Positions 29,017 to 38,384 of a stretch of DNA of 61,089 nucleotides are shown piece after piece (the first letter of the stretch is position 1; every line of letters starts with the position of its first letter). The DNA lies in contig JAIPIY010000004.1 in NCBI GenBank assembly GCA_021734445.1, positions 1 through 61,089 of the forward strand. Direction: 5' to 3'. Under the pieces are notes generated by a model. The model did no database searches. It was not told the origin of the DNA and saw nothing but the letters and a program-made list of their open reading frames with translations. The position numbers and the translations under genes are program-made. The DNA is from Minisyncoccota bacterium (GTDB lineage Bacteria > Patescibacteriota > Minisyncoccia > Phycocordibacterales > UBA1006).

Positions 29017-29790
29017 CTATAAAAAGACAATAATCCCCACGAACGCAACTATTGCAAAAACAACTCTATACCAGCCAAATATTTCTAATGTTGTTGTTTG
29101 CACAAATCGTAAAAACCATCGCACCACCACATGAGCAATAACCCATGAAACTAAAAATCCTACGGTCAAAATCCCCCATTCTTGTGATGAGAAACCAAAC
29201 GATGATTGAGACAGATCATACACTGACGCAGCCAACATAGTTGGTAATGCAATAACAAAAGAAAACAACGTAGCAGAATAACGAGATAATCCTGATACCA
29301 TGCCCCCAACAATAGTAGCCGCAGATCGAGATACCCCGGGAATAAAAGACAATACCTGAAAACACCCAACAATAAAAGCTTGCTTCTTTGTTATTTTATC
29401 TTCTGTATTCGTTTCTTTATTTTTCCAAAGACGCTCAAAGACAATCAAAAAAACTCCTCCTACCCCCATGGCAACAATAGAAATACCGGCATGGGAAAGA
29501 AAAATATGTTTCACCAAAGGGTACACAAGAATTCCTACAAAGATTGTTGGTATCATAGCAACAATGGTTCCTATAATATTTTTTTTATCTTCCAGGAAAG
29601 CTTTGACTACCAAGCCAATCACAGACATCATAGCACCTAATTGAATAATAATAGCAAACGTGGTAACAAAAGATGCTGCAGGTATACCAAGAAAATTTTG
29701 TACCAATATAATATGTGCTGTTGATGATATGGGTAAAAATTCTGTAATTCCCCCTACGATACCCAATATTACAGCATCAATAATATTCAT
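29017..29790 (-). CDS. uppP: Undecaprenyl-diphosphate phosphatase
   Basis: TEFLPISSTAH, IQLGA, PGVSRS and FGWYR motifs. Confidence 0.93.
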   Translation of the reverse strand: MNIIDAVILGIVGGITEFLPISSTAHIILVQNFLGIPAASFVTTFAIIIQLGAMMSVIGLVVKAFLEDKKNIIGTIVAMIPTIFVGILVYPLVKHIFLSHAGISIVAMGVGGVFLIVFERLWKNKETNTEDKITKKQAFIVGCFQVLSFIPGVSRSAATIVGGMVSGLSRYSATLFSFVIALPTMLAASVYDLSQSSFGFSSQEWGILTVGFLVSWVIAHVVVRWFLRFVQTTTLEIFGWYRVVFAIVAFVGIIVFL

Positions 29791-29793
29791 AGA

Positions 29794-32304
29794 TTATTTT
29801 TCTTCTACGATCACCCAACCTTGTGCAATATAGGTATCTAATTTTTTGAATTTAATTTCTTCTGTTTTTCCATCTTTTGTAATGATTACCTTGTCATTAC
29901 GGCCAAATTTTTCAGAAGACACCACAGGCATAACGGTTGGTGAGTCTTGTTGGTTATTCTGATTATTTAAATTCACCGCGGTCACCTGCATTTCTTTTGG
30001 TGGTGTTTCTACGCGAATCAAATAATCTGCAATGTGATTAATGAAATTTTGTTCTAATTCACGGAACAGTCGTAATCCTTCTTTTTTATATTCAACCAAT
30101 GGTTCGCGTTGACCATAGGCACGTAAATTTACTGAACGTCGCGCGTGATCCATAGTATCTAAATGTTCCATCCACAACATATCAATAGCGCGCAATGCAA
30201 CGCGTCGTACCAATTCACGAAACGCATCTGTGCCAAATGATTCTTGTTTTTCTTTGATTATTATTTGTTGTTTTGGATCAATAGTCCGTAATACATCATC
30301 AGCCAATACATCCATTTCATTTCCCACTGCAAACAAAATTGATCTCCGTTTTGCATACACAGTTTCTCTTTGTTTATTCAAAACTGTATCATATTCAAGA
30401 ACAGATTTACGTGCATCAAAATGAAAACCTTCGATTCGTTTTTGTGCAGATTCCAAAGCTCGAGAAACAAAAGGATTATAAATTGCTTCATCTTCTGGAA
30501 GACCCAAACTTTTTACCATACCCAAAGCCTTATCACCACCAAACACACGCATCAAATCATCTTCTAAAGAAACATAAAACTGAGTCTCTCCTGGGTCACC
30601 CTGTCGCCCTGCGCGTCCACGTAACTGATTATCGATACGACGCGCTTCGTGTCGTTCTGTACCTAAGACATATAAACCTCCTTTGTTTTTTATATCTTCG
30701 TATTCTTCGGGTGTAGCCAGTGCGCCACCTAATTTAATGTCGATACCTCGACCCGCCATGTTGGTTGCAATGGTTACTGCCCCGCTTTTCCCTGCCTCTG
30801 CGGTTATTTCAGCTTCTAATTCGTGATTCTTTGCATTCAATACATTATGAGGAACACCCATGCTGGTCAAATATGCAGATACGGTTTCATTTTTTTGGAT
30901 TGATGCAGTTCCCACCAAAACAGGTTGACCTTTTTGGTGTAATTCTTTTACTGTTTTTGCTACTGCTTTTAATTTACCTTGTTCTGTTTGGAAAATAAGA
31001 TCGGGATGATCTTTTCTGGCAATAGGACGATTAGTTGGCACAACAACCACCTCTACATTATATACTTTCCGAAATTCTTCATCCGAAGTTTCAGCAGTCC
31101 CTGTCATACCTGATAATTTATCGTAGAATCGAAAATAGTTTTGATACGTAATAGAAGCCAATGTTTTTGTTTCTTGTTGAATACGCACACCTTCTTTTGC
31201 CTCTAATGCCTGATGTAACCCATCAGATAATCTACGCCCCGGTGTCATACGCCCGGTAAATTCATCTACCAAAACAATTTCTCCATCACGTACTACGTAT
31301 TTTTTATCTTTCTGAAATAATGCTTTTGCACGCAATGCTGTTTCTAATTGGTGTACATACCGAACATTTTCATTGCTGTAGAGATTTTCTACACCCAATA
31401 ATTCTTCAGCTTTTGAAATTCCTGCATCAGTAATTTGTATTGCTTGCATTTTTTCATCAATAGTAAAATGATCTTCTGGCTGTAGTTGTTTTGCGATTCC
31501 TGCAAACTGTACATACATATCAGTAACTTCATCTATAAAGGAAGATAAAATCAAAGGAACTCTTGCTTCGTCAATTAAAATAGAATCCACCTCGTCGACA
31601 ATTGCATATGCATTCCCGCGTTGCACCAATGCATCTTGGGTATACTGAGTGTTATCACGAAGATAATCAAAACCAAATTCTGCATTTGTACCATAGGTAA
31701 TATCTGCAGCATATGCTTGCTTTCGAGAACATGGTTTTAAAAATTCATACATCACACGAAATGAACTGACTTCGTCTCGTTCTTCGTCTGATTCAATATG
31801 TGCTGGGTCATAGAGATACGAAGTATTTTGTGTATTAATAACAGAAACAGATAATCCTAAAAATGCATAAATCTGCCCCATCCAAACCGCATCACGACGA
31901 GCAAGGTGATCATTTACTGTAATTACATGCACTCCTTTTTCTGTAAGAGCATTTACATACGCAGGAAGAGTTGCAACCAATGTTTTTCCTTCCCCTGTTC
32001 GCATTTCAGCAATCATCCCTTGGTGTAACACCATTCCTCCAATCATCTGGACATCATACGGTCGAAGAGATTGTGTTCGAACTGAAGCTTCGCGAACTAC
32101 AGCAAATGCCTCTGGCAAGATGGCGTCCAATTCTTCTCCTGATTTTAGTCTTATCTTAAATTCTGTTGTTTTTTCTTTTAATTCCTGGTCTGAGAGTTTT
32201 TTAAACCCCTCTTCAAAAGAGTTAATTTTCTCAAGCTCTGGAGTGAGTTTTTTTAAAATCCGATCATTTTCAGTTCCGAAAATCTTTGTAAATAATTGTT
32301 TCAT
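29794..32304 (-). CDS. secA: Preprotein translocase ATPase SecA
   Basis: EMRTGEGKT, IVDEVDSILIDEAR, ATNMAGRG and RRIDNQLRGRAGRQGDPG motifs. Confidence 0.98.
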   Translation of the reverse strand: MKQLFTKIFGTENDRILKKLTPELEKINSFEEGFKKLSDQELKEKTTEFKIRLKSGEELDAILPEAFAVVREASVRTQSLRPYDVQMIGGMVLHQGMIAEMRTGEGKTLVATLPAYVNALTEKGVHVITVNDHLARRDAVWMGQIYAFLGLSVSVINTQNTSYLYDPAHIESDEERDEVSSFRVMYEFLKPCSRKQAYAADITYGTNAEFGFDYLRDNTQYTQDALVQRGNAYAIVDEVDSILIDEARVPLILSSFIDEVTDMYVQFAGIAKQLQPEDHFTIDEKMQAIQITDAGISKAEELLGVENLYSNENVRYVHQLETALRAKALFQKDKKYVVRDGEIVLVDEFTGRMTPGRRLSDGLHQALEAKEGVRIQQETKTLASITYQNYFRFYDKLSGMTGTAETSDEEFRKVYNVEVVVVPTNRPIARKDHPDLIFQTEQGKLKAVAKTVKELHQKGQPVLVGTASIQKNETVSAYLTSMGVPHNVLNAKNHELEAEITAEAGKSGAVTIATNMAGRGIDIKLGGALATPEEYEDIKNKGGLYVLGTERHEARRIDNQLRGRAGRQGDPGETQFYVSLEDDLMRVFGGDKALGMVKSLGLPEDEAIYNPFVSRALESAQKRIEGFHFDARKSVLEYDTVLNKQRETVYAKRRSILFAVGNEMDVLADDVLRTIDPKQQIIIKEKQESFGTDAFRELVRRVALRAIDMLWMEHLDTMDHARRSVNLRAYGQREPLVEYKKEGLRLFRELEQNFINHIADYLIRVETPPKEMQVTAVNLNNQNNQQDSPTVMPVVSSEKFGRNDKVIITKDGKTEEIKFKKLDTYIAQGWVIVEEK

Positions 32305-32334
32305 AATGGTACGATTATAGCACATCTTCATATA

Positions 32335-32368
32335 AACAAAAAACGCCCCCGAAGGGGCATTTTTTGTT
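32335..32368 (-). terminator. Terminator after the lysine-rich small ORF
   Basis: AACAAAAACGCCCC-CGAA-GGGGCATTTTTTGTT; the loop reads UUCG on the minus strand. Confidence 0.8.
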
Positions 32369-32379
32369 AAGAGCGAAAA

Positions 32380-32544
32380 CTATTTTTTCTTCTTAGCTGC
32401 TGGTTTTTTCTTAGCAACTTTCTTCACTGCTTTTTTAACTACTTTTTTTGTAGCTTTTTTTACAACTTTTTTAGCTGCTTTTTTAACTACTTTTTTTGTA
32501 GCTTTTTTTACAACTTTTTTAGCTGCTTTCTTTTTTGCTGCCAT
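32380..32544 (-). CDS. Histone H1-like lysine-rich protein, 54 aa (not in ORF track)
   Basis: Read by hand: MAAKKKAAKKVVKKATKKVVKKAAKKVVKKATKKVVKKAVKKVAKKKPAAKKKK*; 28 of 54 residues are Lys; has its own terminator. Confidence 0.85.
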   Translation of the reverse strand: MAAKKKAAKKVVKKATKKVVKKAAKKVVKKATKKVVKKAVKKVAKKKPAAKKKK

Positions 32545-32840
32545 ACGTGTGATGAAAAATTATTTGTAACATGCAGAAGGTCGACCAATTACCTACCACA
32601 TCTTTAATTACATTATCGTACACTGGAGAACAAACAACAATAGAAAAATACATAAAAGTTGTGGATAACTTTTTTCTTGCATAAAAATATTTTTTTTGTT
32701 ATTCTACCATTCGTGCGAAAGGTTCCATATAAAAACAACGCATAGTGAACTGTATTTGAAATGTTGTACTTATTTTATTTGTTTATTGTGTTTAATTAAA
32801 AAGATATCCCTCTACCCTCTTATTATCTAACAGTCTATCC

Positions 32841-33137
32841 ATGCTTATATTAAATGAATCAAAAAGAAAAAAACTAACCATTCTGACAAAACACCACAAA
32901 GCATTGGGAAATAAAAAAAGATGCATGATTCTTATTTTGTTGTCACAGTATGAAACTATTCCTGTTTGGTTTATCGCTCAGGAAATTGAACTTTCTATAA
33001 AATCAACATCAAAGCATCTTCTGCTACTTTCTCAGGCGCATCTGGTTCGCAGTAGCAGAAAAAAAATAGAAATGCATTATTCCCTACCCAAACCAGCACC
33101 CATTACATTAAAAACTTTTCTCAAAGAATTTCAATAA
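32841..33137 (+). CDS. ArsR/SmtB-family winged-helix regulator
   Basis: KALGN.KR..IL.LL...IA..I.LS..STSKHL..L..A.LV pattern. Confidence 0.8.
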   Translation: MLILNESKRKKLTILTKHHKALGNKKRCMILILLSQYETIPVWFIAQEIELSIKSTSKHLLLLSQAHLVRSSRKKIEMHYSLPKPAPITLKTFLKEFQ

Positions 33138-33138
33138 C

Positions 33139-33268
33139 ATAAAAACAAAACCCACTACCAATCAGTAGCAGGTTTTGTTTTTATCACCTGGCGCGGTTAG
33201 CGAACTTGCTAACTCCACCAAATGTCCTTTGTGAGTGCTTGTCGCTAACCATGTCAATCGACAAGCAT
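33139..33268 (-). ncRNA. Putative small RNA 1 (unknown family)
   Basis: TGn-TATACT at 33283-33275; two strong hairpins (UGCUUGUCG/CGACAAGCA and GUUAGC/GCUAAC); terminator at 33139-33184; no credible ORF. Confidence 0.5.
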
Positions 33269-33307
33269 GAAAAAAGTATACCATAGTACGGTAAAAAAGA
33301 AAAAGCC

Positions 33308-33398
33308 CCATAAACACAAAACCCGCCCGAAGGCGAGTCTTATGCAGGACATTTGTGGTGTTACAATGAATTGATACCATTGAAGTTAGCCACTCACA
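33308..33398 (-). ncRNA. Putative small RNA 2 (unknown family)
   Basis: TTGACT-N17-TATACT promoter (33432-33404), ~90-nt non-coding body, cUUCGg-capped terminator hairpin. Confidence 0.55.
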
Positions 33399-33467
33399 CA
33401 CAGAGTATAGCATATCCTGTTTTAAAAGTCAAGCTTTTTCTTTATGTATAAATAATACCCCGCAAGC

Positions 33468-34184
33468 CTAAACCTGCGGGGTACTTTTCTTGGGGTCAGG
33501 GCCTCCATTCCAGACCCAAACAACAAAGAGAAATGATTCTTTTACTAACTTCGGATTTCTGGCGACTAGAATACAACAATCAGAGATGTACCTAAAACAT
33601 GATACCCCTATCTGCATATGTGTGTTCCACTTTGTTGCTAAAAGAATTTCACCTCTTTTATAATCTCCATATATATCAAAGAAGCTATCTACCAATGTTC
33701 CCAAAATAGCAAACTGCGTCATTTTCTTTTGAACATTTTTATCCAAAGAAAGGGCGCAGTCGATAAACTGCATTGAAATAACCCCTTCCTTTTTTCGGAG
33801 ATATATATATTCTTTTATATCTACCGTCCGAGAAATTGCTTCTGTGCAAGAAAACCAGACCGGCAAAAGGGATGCTATTTTTTCATGTGCCCCTTTGTGC
33901 AAATAAATTTTCCGTGCGTCAGAACAGAGTTTTCTTAAAGATTCTGGCAATCCAACATATTCACCCGATTTCATAAAGTGAATCAAATTTTCACCAAACT
34001 GGGTACGAGCAGGGTGAGACATTGTGTCGTATTCATAGTCAACAAATCTCATCAATCTCAATATGGTTTTTATATCAACAATTTCTTGTGACGTAAAAGA
34101 GAAAGAAAAACAGCATTTACACAATAATGCATAAAAATCAGCGCAACGTTCGTAATGTCGGGCAGAAATCTCAAGACGATCCAT
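33468..34184 (-). CDS. Hypothetical protein, class I isoprenoid-synthase-like
   Basis: Helical 238-aa ORF with FVDYEYD and LVDSFFDIYGDYKRGE, resembling the two Asp-rich motifs. Confidence 0.5.
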   Translation of the reverse strand: MDRLEISARHYERCADFYALLCKCCFSFSFTSQEIVDIKTILRLMRFVDYEYDTMSHPARTQFGENLIHFMKSGEYVGLPESLRKLCSDARKIYLHKGAHEKIASLLPVWFSCTEAISRTVDIKEYIYLRKKEGVISMQFIDCALSLDKNVQKKMTQFAILGTLVDSFFDIYGDYKRGEILLATKWNTHMQIGVSCFRYISDCCILVARNPKLVKESFLFVVWVWNGGPDPKKSTPQV

Positions 34185-34270
34185 GGCTTGTTATGTTAAG
34201 TTCACAATGTACTTGTGCACACCTACCATGTATATAACACTCAAAAGAATCCAAAGTCAAGCTCCTTTGT

Positions 34271-34308
34271 CATAATAAAAACCCTAACCGAGATTAGGGT
34301 TTTTATTA
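34271..34308 (-). terminator. Terminator after rnpB
   Basis: ATAATAAAAACCCTAA-CCGAGA-TTAGGGTTTTTATTAT. Confidence 0.85.
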
Positions 34309-34316
34309 TGGATACA

Positions 34317-34642
34317 TGTATCGATAAGCCGAATTCTGTATGTGTTGCCACATGACGAACATATATCTAGGATTATTGTTACCAACAATCTCAAGCGATT
34401 CTCCATGATAAACATGGCACGATCTTGCACGCAGGTAAGGATTTTGCCGTTTCACTCCCTGTGTTACCACGGGGATTCATCCGTAAACGGATGCCCTTTT
34501 CTTTCGATCTGGGCGTCACTGCTCGCACCTCTTGTTGTGTATCCACCAACAGATGGGGGTTACCCACTACCCTTCTCCATATTACTATGGTCGTGTTCGG
34601 ACTTTCCTCGATAAAGAAACTTTACCGCGTTCGTCTGATACA
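34317..34642 (-). ncRNA. rnpB: RNase P RNA
   Basis: Minus strand has GAGGAAAGUCCG near the 5' end and ACAGAAUUCGGCUUAU near the 3' end (P4 halves), GUGCAAG, P1 UGUAUC/GAUACA, and an upstream TTGACT-N16-TACACT promoter. Confidence 0.95.
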
Positions 34643-34756
34643 GGGTTAGTGTACCCGGTAATAAGTATAAGTCAAATATAATTATATATTCTGTTTCGAC
34701 ATCAATATTATCACCAGATAGTAAAGGCAACCTAAAAAGTCCAACAAGTTTTAATT

Positions 34757-35179
34757 TTACTTATCCCAAAAAATTCTTTTATTTTTATAAGCCTCAATAT
34801 AATATTGAATTCCTTCAAACAAAGGTCTTGGCAATGTGTCCATACTGTACCAATTCCAAGATAAAGTCTTATGACTTTCCAGAGTATCCGCATTTCCACT
34901 TTCCCATTCTGCAACCATCCCTATGTTTAAAAAATGGTTAGGAAGATACTCTTTTATGTTTATTACACAAAGAAAATCTACATTTTTAATTATAATTCCT
35001 GTCTCTTCTAAAACTTCTCGTTTCGCACATTCTATAATCGATTCTCCTTGCTCAAGCAATCCCCCAGGCCATGCATATTGCCCAGCACCAATCTGACAGG
35101 TGCCCCTTAATCCCAGTAAAACTTTTCCTTCTTTTATAACCATGACACCCACGCCAACTTTAGGATAGTTTTCTTTCAT
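34757..35179 (-). CDS. NUDIX hydrolase (MutT/NUDT15-like)
   Basis: PKVGVGV and PGG.LE.GES...CAKREVLEETG motifs. Confidence 0.92.
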   Translation of the reverse strand: MKENYPKVGVGVMVIKEGKVLLGLRGTCQIGAGQYAWPGGLLEQGESIIECAKREVLEETGIIIKNVDFLCVINIKEYLPNHFLNIGMVAEWESGNADTLESHKTLSWNWYSMDTLPRPLFEGIQYYIEAYKNKRIFWDK

Positions 35180-35181
35180 AA

Positions 35182-35691
35182 TTATCTATTAGTCGGCTCA
35201 ACATAATCGAGATTTAAAACTCTATATACCGACTCTTCTGTGTGATCTGTTAAACATTCTTCTCCATTATAGATTCCCCAAATACCATTATTATCTGTTC
35301 CAAAACGTAAACCTAATTCTTTTGCTCGTTTTACCAATGAAAGATTATGCTCTACGCCCCCCGTCCACACCAACAAAGAAACTCCGTAATCTTTTTCCGT
35401 AGCATTATACAGATCCACTGAAACATCTTTGTACAAAAATGTTTCCAAAGAAAACCATTTAGTTACGGTGCCAAATTTATGTCCTTTTATAGTAATTACA
35501 TTCTCATAATTAAGTGATGAAAGCTTGCTAAACAATTCCGGTTTTGGAATCAGTACAAGATCAATATCTGAAATCACATCTTTCTTTCTGCGAATAGACC
35601 CTGCAATTTCAATTTTTTGACAATAGGGCGCCAAAATATCCCTAATTTCTTTTGCTATTTCCTCTATCTTTTTATTCTCAATATTTTTCAT
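35182..35691 (-). CDS. Minimal family X DNA polymerase (palm + thumb only)
   Basis: AGSIRR....SDIDLV, VDLY, WTGG..HN, RAKELGL and EESVYR.L.L.YVEP..R motifs in only 169 aa. Confidence 0.85.
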   Translation of the reverse strand: MKNIENKKIEEIAKEIRDILAPYCQKIEIAGSIRRKKDVISDIDLVLIPKPELFSKLSSLNYENVITIKGHKFGTVTKWFSLETFLYKDVSVDLYNATEKDYGVSLLVWTGGVEHNLSLVKRAKELGLRFGTDNNGIWGIYNGEECLTDHTEESVYRVLNLDYVEPTNR

Positions 35692-35879
35692 AAATTAAAA
35701 GTTAACCACCCAATCCACAAAACCAACATCAAATACCACATCGTCCATATTTTTGACATCGGCAACCATCGCGACAATATTTGGAAGTGTTCCACGTACC
35801 AACGCTTCCCCAAAAATGCAATAACATTTGCAATAATACTATCAGCCAACAATATAAAGAAAATAATTTTGATAATCAT
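35688..35879 (-). CDS. Small two-TM membrane protein
   Basis: Hydrophobic, Trp-rich; overlaps the PolX start by 4 nt; TGn-TATACT upstream. Confidence 0.6.
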   Translation of the reverse strand: MIIKIIFFILLADSIIANVIAFLGKRWYVEHFQILSRWLPMSKIWTMWYLMLVLWIGWLTFNL

Positions 35880-35913
35880 ATATATAATAGTATACCAACG
35901 GATAAAAATCTCT

Positions 35914-36396
35914 TTAAAAACTTGTGGGAATTTCAATCTTGTCCCCTATTTTCACACCAACCCGATCAATAGCCCCCGCAGGAAGTTCCAAAACATACAA
36001 AGCTTTTTCTTTTGGTGTAAAAATTGTAGGAAATGTTTCGGGATGTACATTTTCAAGAATATGCACAACAACCCCCAATGCATCCAACCAAATCATATCC
36101 AAACTGACCAACATGTCTTTCATCCACAACGAATGATAATCCGGAGATTCAAAAACAAATAGCATTCCCTCGTTTTCCATCAACGAAGATCCTGATAATC
36201 CTTGCTGCCTATCTTTTGCATTTTGTGCAACGCGCACATCAAAATCATAACTATTCATATGAATAGATGTTCGTACAGTATCTGAAACTATATGATTATC
36301 CGAGAACAAGAACAAACCTATCACCACACCAACGCCTCCCAATACCACAATAAAAGGTAGCACGCGAATAAGAAAGAAACTTGTTCTTGATTGCAT
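35914..36396 (-). CDS. DUF192 domain protein
   Basis: R.QGL, GMLFVF, WMKDM...LDMIWLD and YVLELPAG motifs. Confidence 0.92.
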   Translation of the reverse strand: MQSRTSFFLIRVLPFIVVLGGVGVVIGLFLFSDNHIVSDTVRTSIHMNSYDFDVRVAQNAKDRQQGLSGSSLMENEGMLFVFESPDYHSLWMKDMLVSLDMIWLDALGVVVHILENVHPETFPTIFTPKEKALYVLELPAGAIDRVGVKIGDKIEIPTSF

Positions 36397-36423
36397 GTCT
36401 AATTTATACTACAATACCAGTAC

Positions 36424-37020
36424 ATGATGCAAGATACATCTCCAGAAAACACAAATATACCAACGAAAAAAGAAGAAAGCTGGATTGATATTGTTCGATT
36501 TGCATTAATTGCATTGGTTATTGTTATTCCTATTAGATTATATATTGCACAACCTTTTATTGTCAGCGGTAGTTCTATGGTTCCAACATTTCAGGATGGA
36601 GAATATCTGATTGTTGATGAAATCAGCTACCGTCTGGAAAAACCAGATCGGGGTGACGTTATTGTTTTTCGGTACCCCAACAACCCTTCTCGATTCTTTA
36701 TCAAACGAGTCATCGGTCTACCAAACGAAACTGTCAGCATTGATAACGACACCATAACCATATTCAATGAAGAAAACCCTGATGGATTTTCATTGGATGA
36801 ATGGTATCTTTCTGATATGATGCATACATTGCCATCTGATACTATTACGACACTATCAGATGAAGAATATTTTGTTATGGGAGACAACCGCGAAGCCAGT
36901 TCAGATTCTCGTATTTGGGGATCATTGCATGAACGATACATTATAGGAAAAGCATTTTTACGACTGTTCCCAATACAATCTATTGATGTCCATCCAGGAA
37001 AGGCATTATTTGAAAACTAA
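36424..37020 (+). CDS. lepB: Signal peptidase I
   Basis: SGSSM.PT, FIKRVIGLP and GDNR..S.DSR motifs. Confidence 0.96.
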   Translation: MMQDTSPENTNIPTKKEESWIDIVRFALIALVIVIPIRLYIAQPFIVSGSSMVPTFQDGEYLIVDEISYRLEKPDRGDVIVFRYPNNPSRFFIKRVIGLPNETVSIDNDTITIFNEENPDGFSLDEWYLSDMMHTLPSDTITTLSDEEYFVMGDNREASSDSRIWGSLHERYIIGKAFLRLFPIQSIDVHPGKALFEN

Positions 37021-37047
37021 TCTATCGTTCGACATAATACAATATAT

Positions 37048-38352
37048 ATGAAACCAGATTCAAAAAAACCAGCTCCAAAAGAAATTCCTACAACCATCAA
37101 AGGTGTTCGCGATATCATGGGCGAAACATACTACAACTACCAAGGGTTTTTTGAAAAAGCTCAAGAAATTGCTGTGTATTATGGATTCCGACCTATTGAA
37201 ATGCCTATTTTGGAACAAGTAGAACTCTACAACCGGGGTATCGGCGAAGGTACCGACATCATGGACAAAGAAATGTATTCCCTGAAAACAAAAGGTGGAG
37301 ACCATTTGGCTCTACGACCAGAAGGAACAGCAGGAATTGTTCGTGCATATATTGAACACGGAATGCAAAGCGAACCTCAACCGGTGATGTTGTACTATTA
37401 TGGTCCATTCTTTCGACACGACAAACCACAACGTGGCCGATACCGAGAATTACGTCAATTTGGATTGGAAATATTGGGTAGTCCAAAAAGCATTGCTGAT
37501 GCTTTGATTATTTCTACAACCTACACTGTGTTAAAGGCAATGGGTGCAACCGGTGCCACTGTTGATATTAACAGTATGGGAGACAAAGAATCTCGGACAT
37601 TATATACAAAAGCATTAACTGGGTATTACAAAAAATTTGTTAACCAATTACCTGTAGTTGATCGTAACCGATTGAAAACAAATCCTCTTCGTATTTTGGA
37701 TTCAAAAGAACCAAAGACAATTGAAATCAACGTCAATGCACCAGATGCACTCAGCTATCTGAACCCTGTCAGTAAAAAACACTTCAAAGAAGTGTTAGAG
37801 TTTCTTGATGAAATGGAAATACCTTATCGTATCAATAAAAATCTTGTACGTGGGCTGGATTATTATACCCACACTGTATTTGAAATTTTTGAAGAACAAA
37901 CAGATGAATTGGTTTCCCCACTGACTATCGCTGCCGGTGGTAGATACGACAACCTGGCAAAATCATTAGGATATAAAAAAGAATTACCTGGTGTTGGTGT
38001 AGGTATTGGTGTGGATCGTGTATTAGAAGCATCATGGTGCAAACATTTATCTCCTAAAATTATCAAAAAACCAAAATTCTGTTTTATCCAATTAGGCTTT
38101 GATGCAAAACTAAAAAGTCTTAGCATTTTAGAAATTCTCCGCGAAGCAAAAATTCCTATTCAACAATCATTGTCAAAAGACAGTCTGGGCGCCCAATTAG
38201 GTATAGCAGAAAAATTAGGAGTTCCCTACACATTGATATTTGGACAAAAAGAAGCTTTAGACAAAACAGTTATTGTGCGTGATATGAATACACGATCACA
38301 AGAAATTATTCCTATAGAAAAATTAGCGCAGTATTTGAAACACATAAAATAG
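37048..38352 (+). CDS. hisS: Histidyl-tRNA synthetase
   Basis: KEMY, LRPEGTA, FRHDKPQRGRYR, LVRGLDYY and GGRYD motifs. Confidence 0.97.
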   Translation: MKPDSKKPAPKEIPTTIKGVRDIMGETYYNYQGFFEKAQEIAVYYGFRPIEMPILEQVELYNRGIGEGTDIMDKEMYSLKTKGGDHLALRPEGTAGIVRAYIEHGMQSEPQPVMLYYYGPFFRHDKPQRGRYRELRQFGLEILGSPKSIADALIISTTYTVLKAMGATGATVDINSMGDKESRTLYTKALTGYYKKFVNQLPVVDRNRLKTNPLRILDSKEPKTIEINVNAPDALSYLNPVSKKHFKEVLEFLDEMEIPYRINKNLVRGLDYYTHTVFEIFEEQTDELVSPLTIAAGGRYDNLAKSLGYKKELPGVGVGIGVDRVLEASWCKHLSPKIIKKPKFCFIQLGFDAKLKSLSILEILREAKIPIQQSLSKDSLGAQLGIAEKLGVPYTLIFGQKEALDKTVIVRDMNTRSQEIIPIEKLAQYLKHIK

Positions 38353-38384
38353 TTCTGGAATTCTGCTCTCTAGCTATCTGTACT

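Noticed and set aside
32655-32675. oriC suggested by a DnaA box (TGTGGATAA, 32660-32668)
   Set aside because: Only one consensus box was seen and there is no dnaA/dnaN nearby.
33162-33413. 83-aa ORF, or a type I toxin peptide in the small-RNA region
   Set aside because: The ORF starts inside a promoter and crosses a terminator; the short peptides possible in RNA1 (22 and 18 aa) are not hydrophobic or toxin-like.
34342-34649. Plus-strand ORFs of 90 and 74 aa
   Set aside because: Antisense shadows of RNase P RNA.
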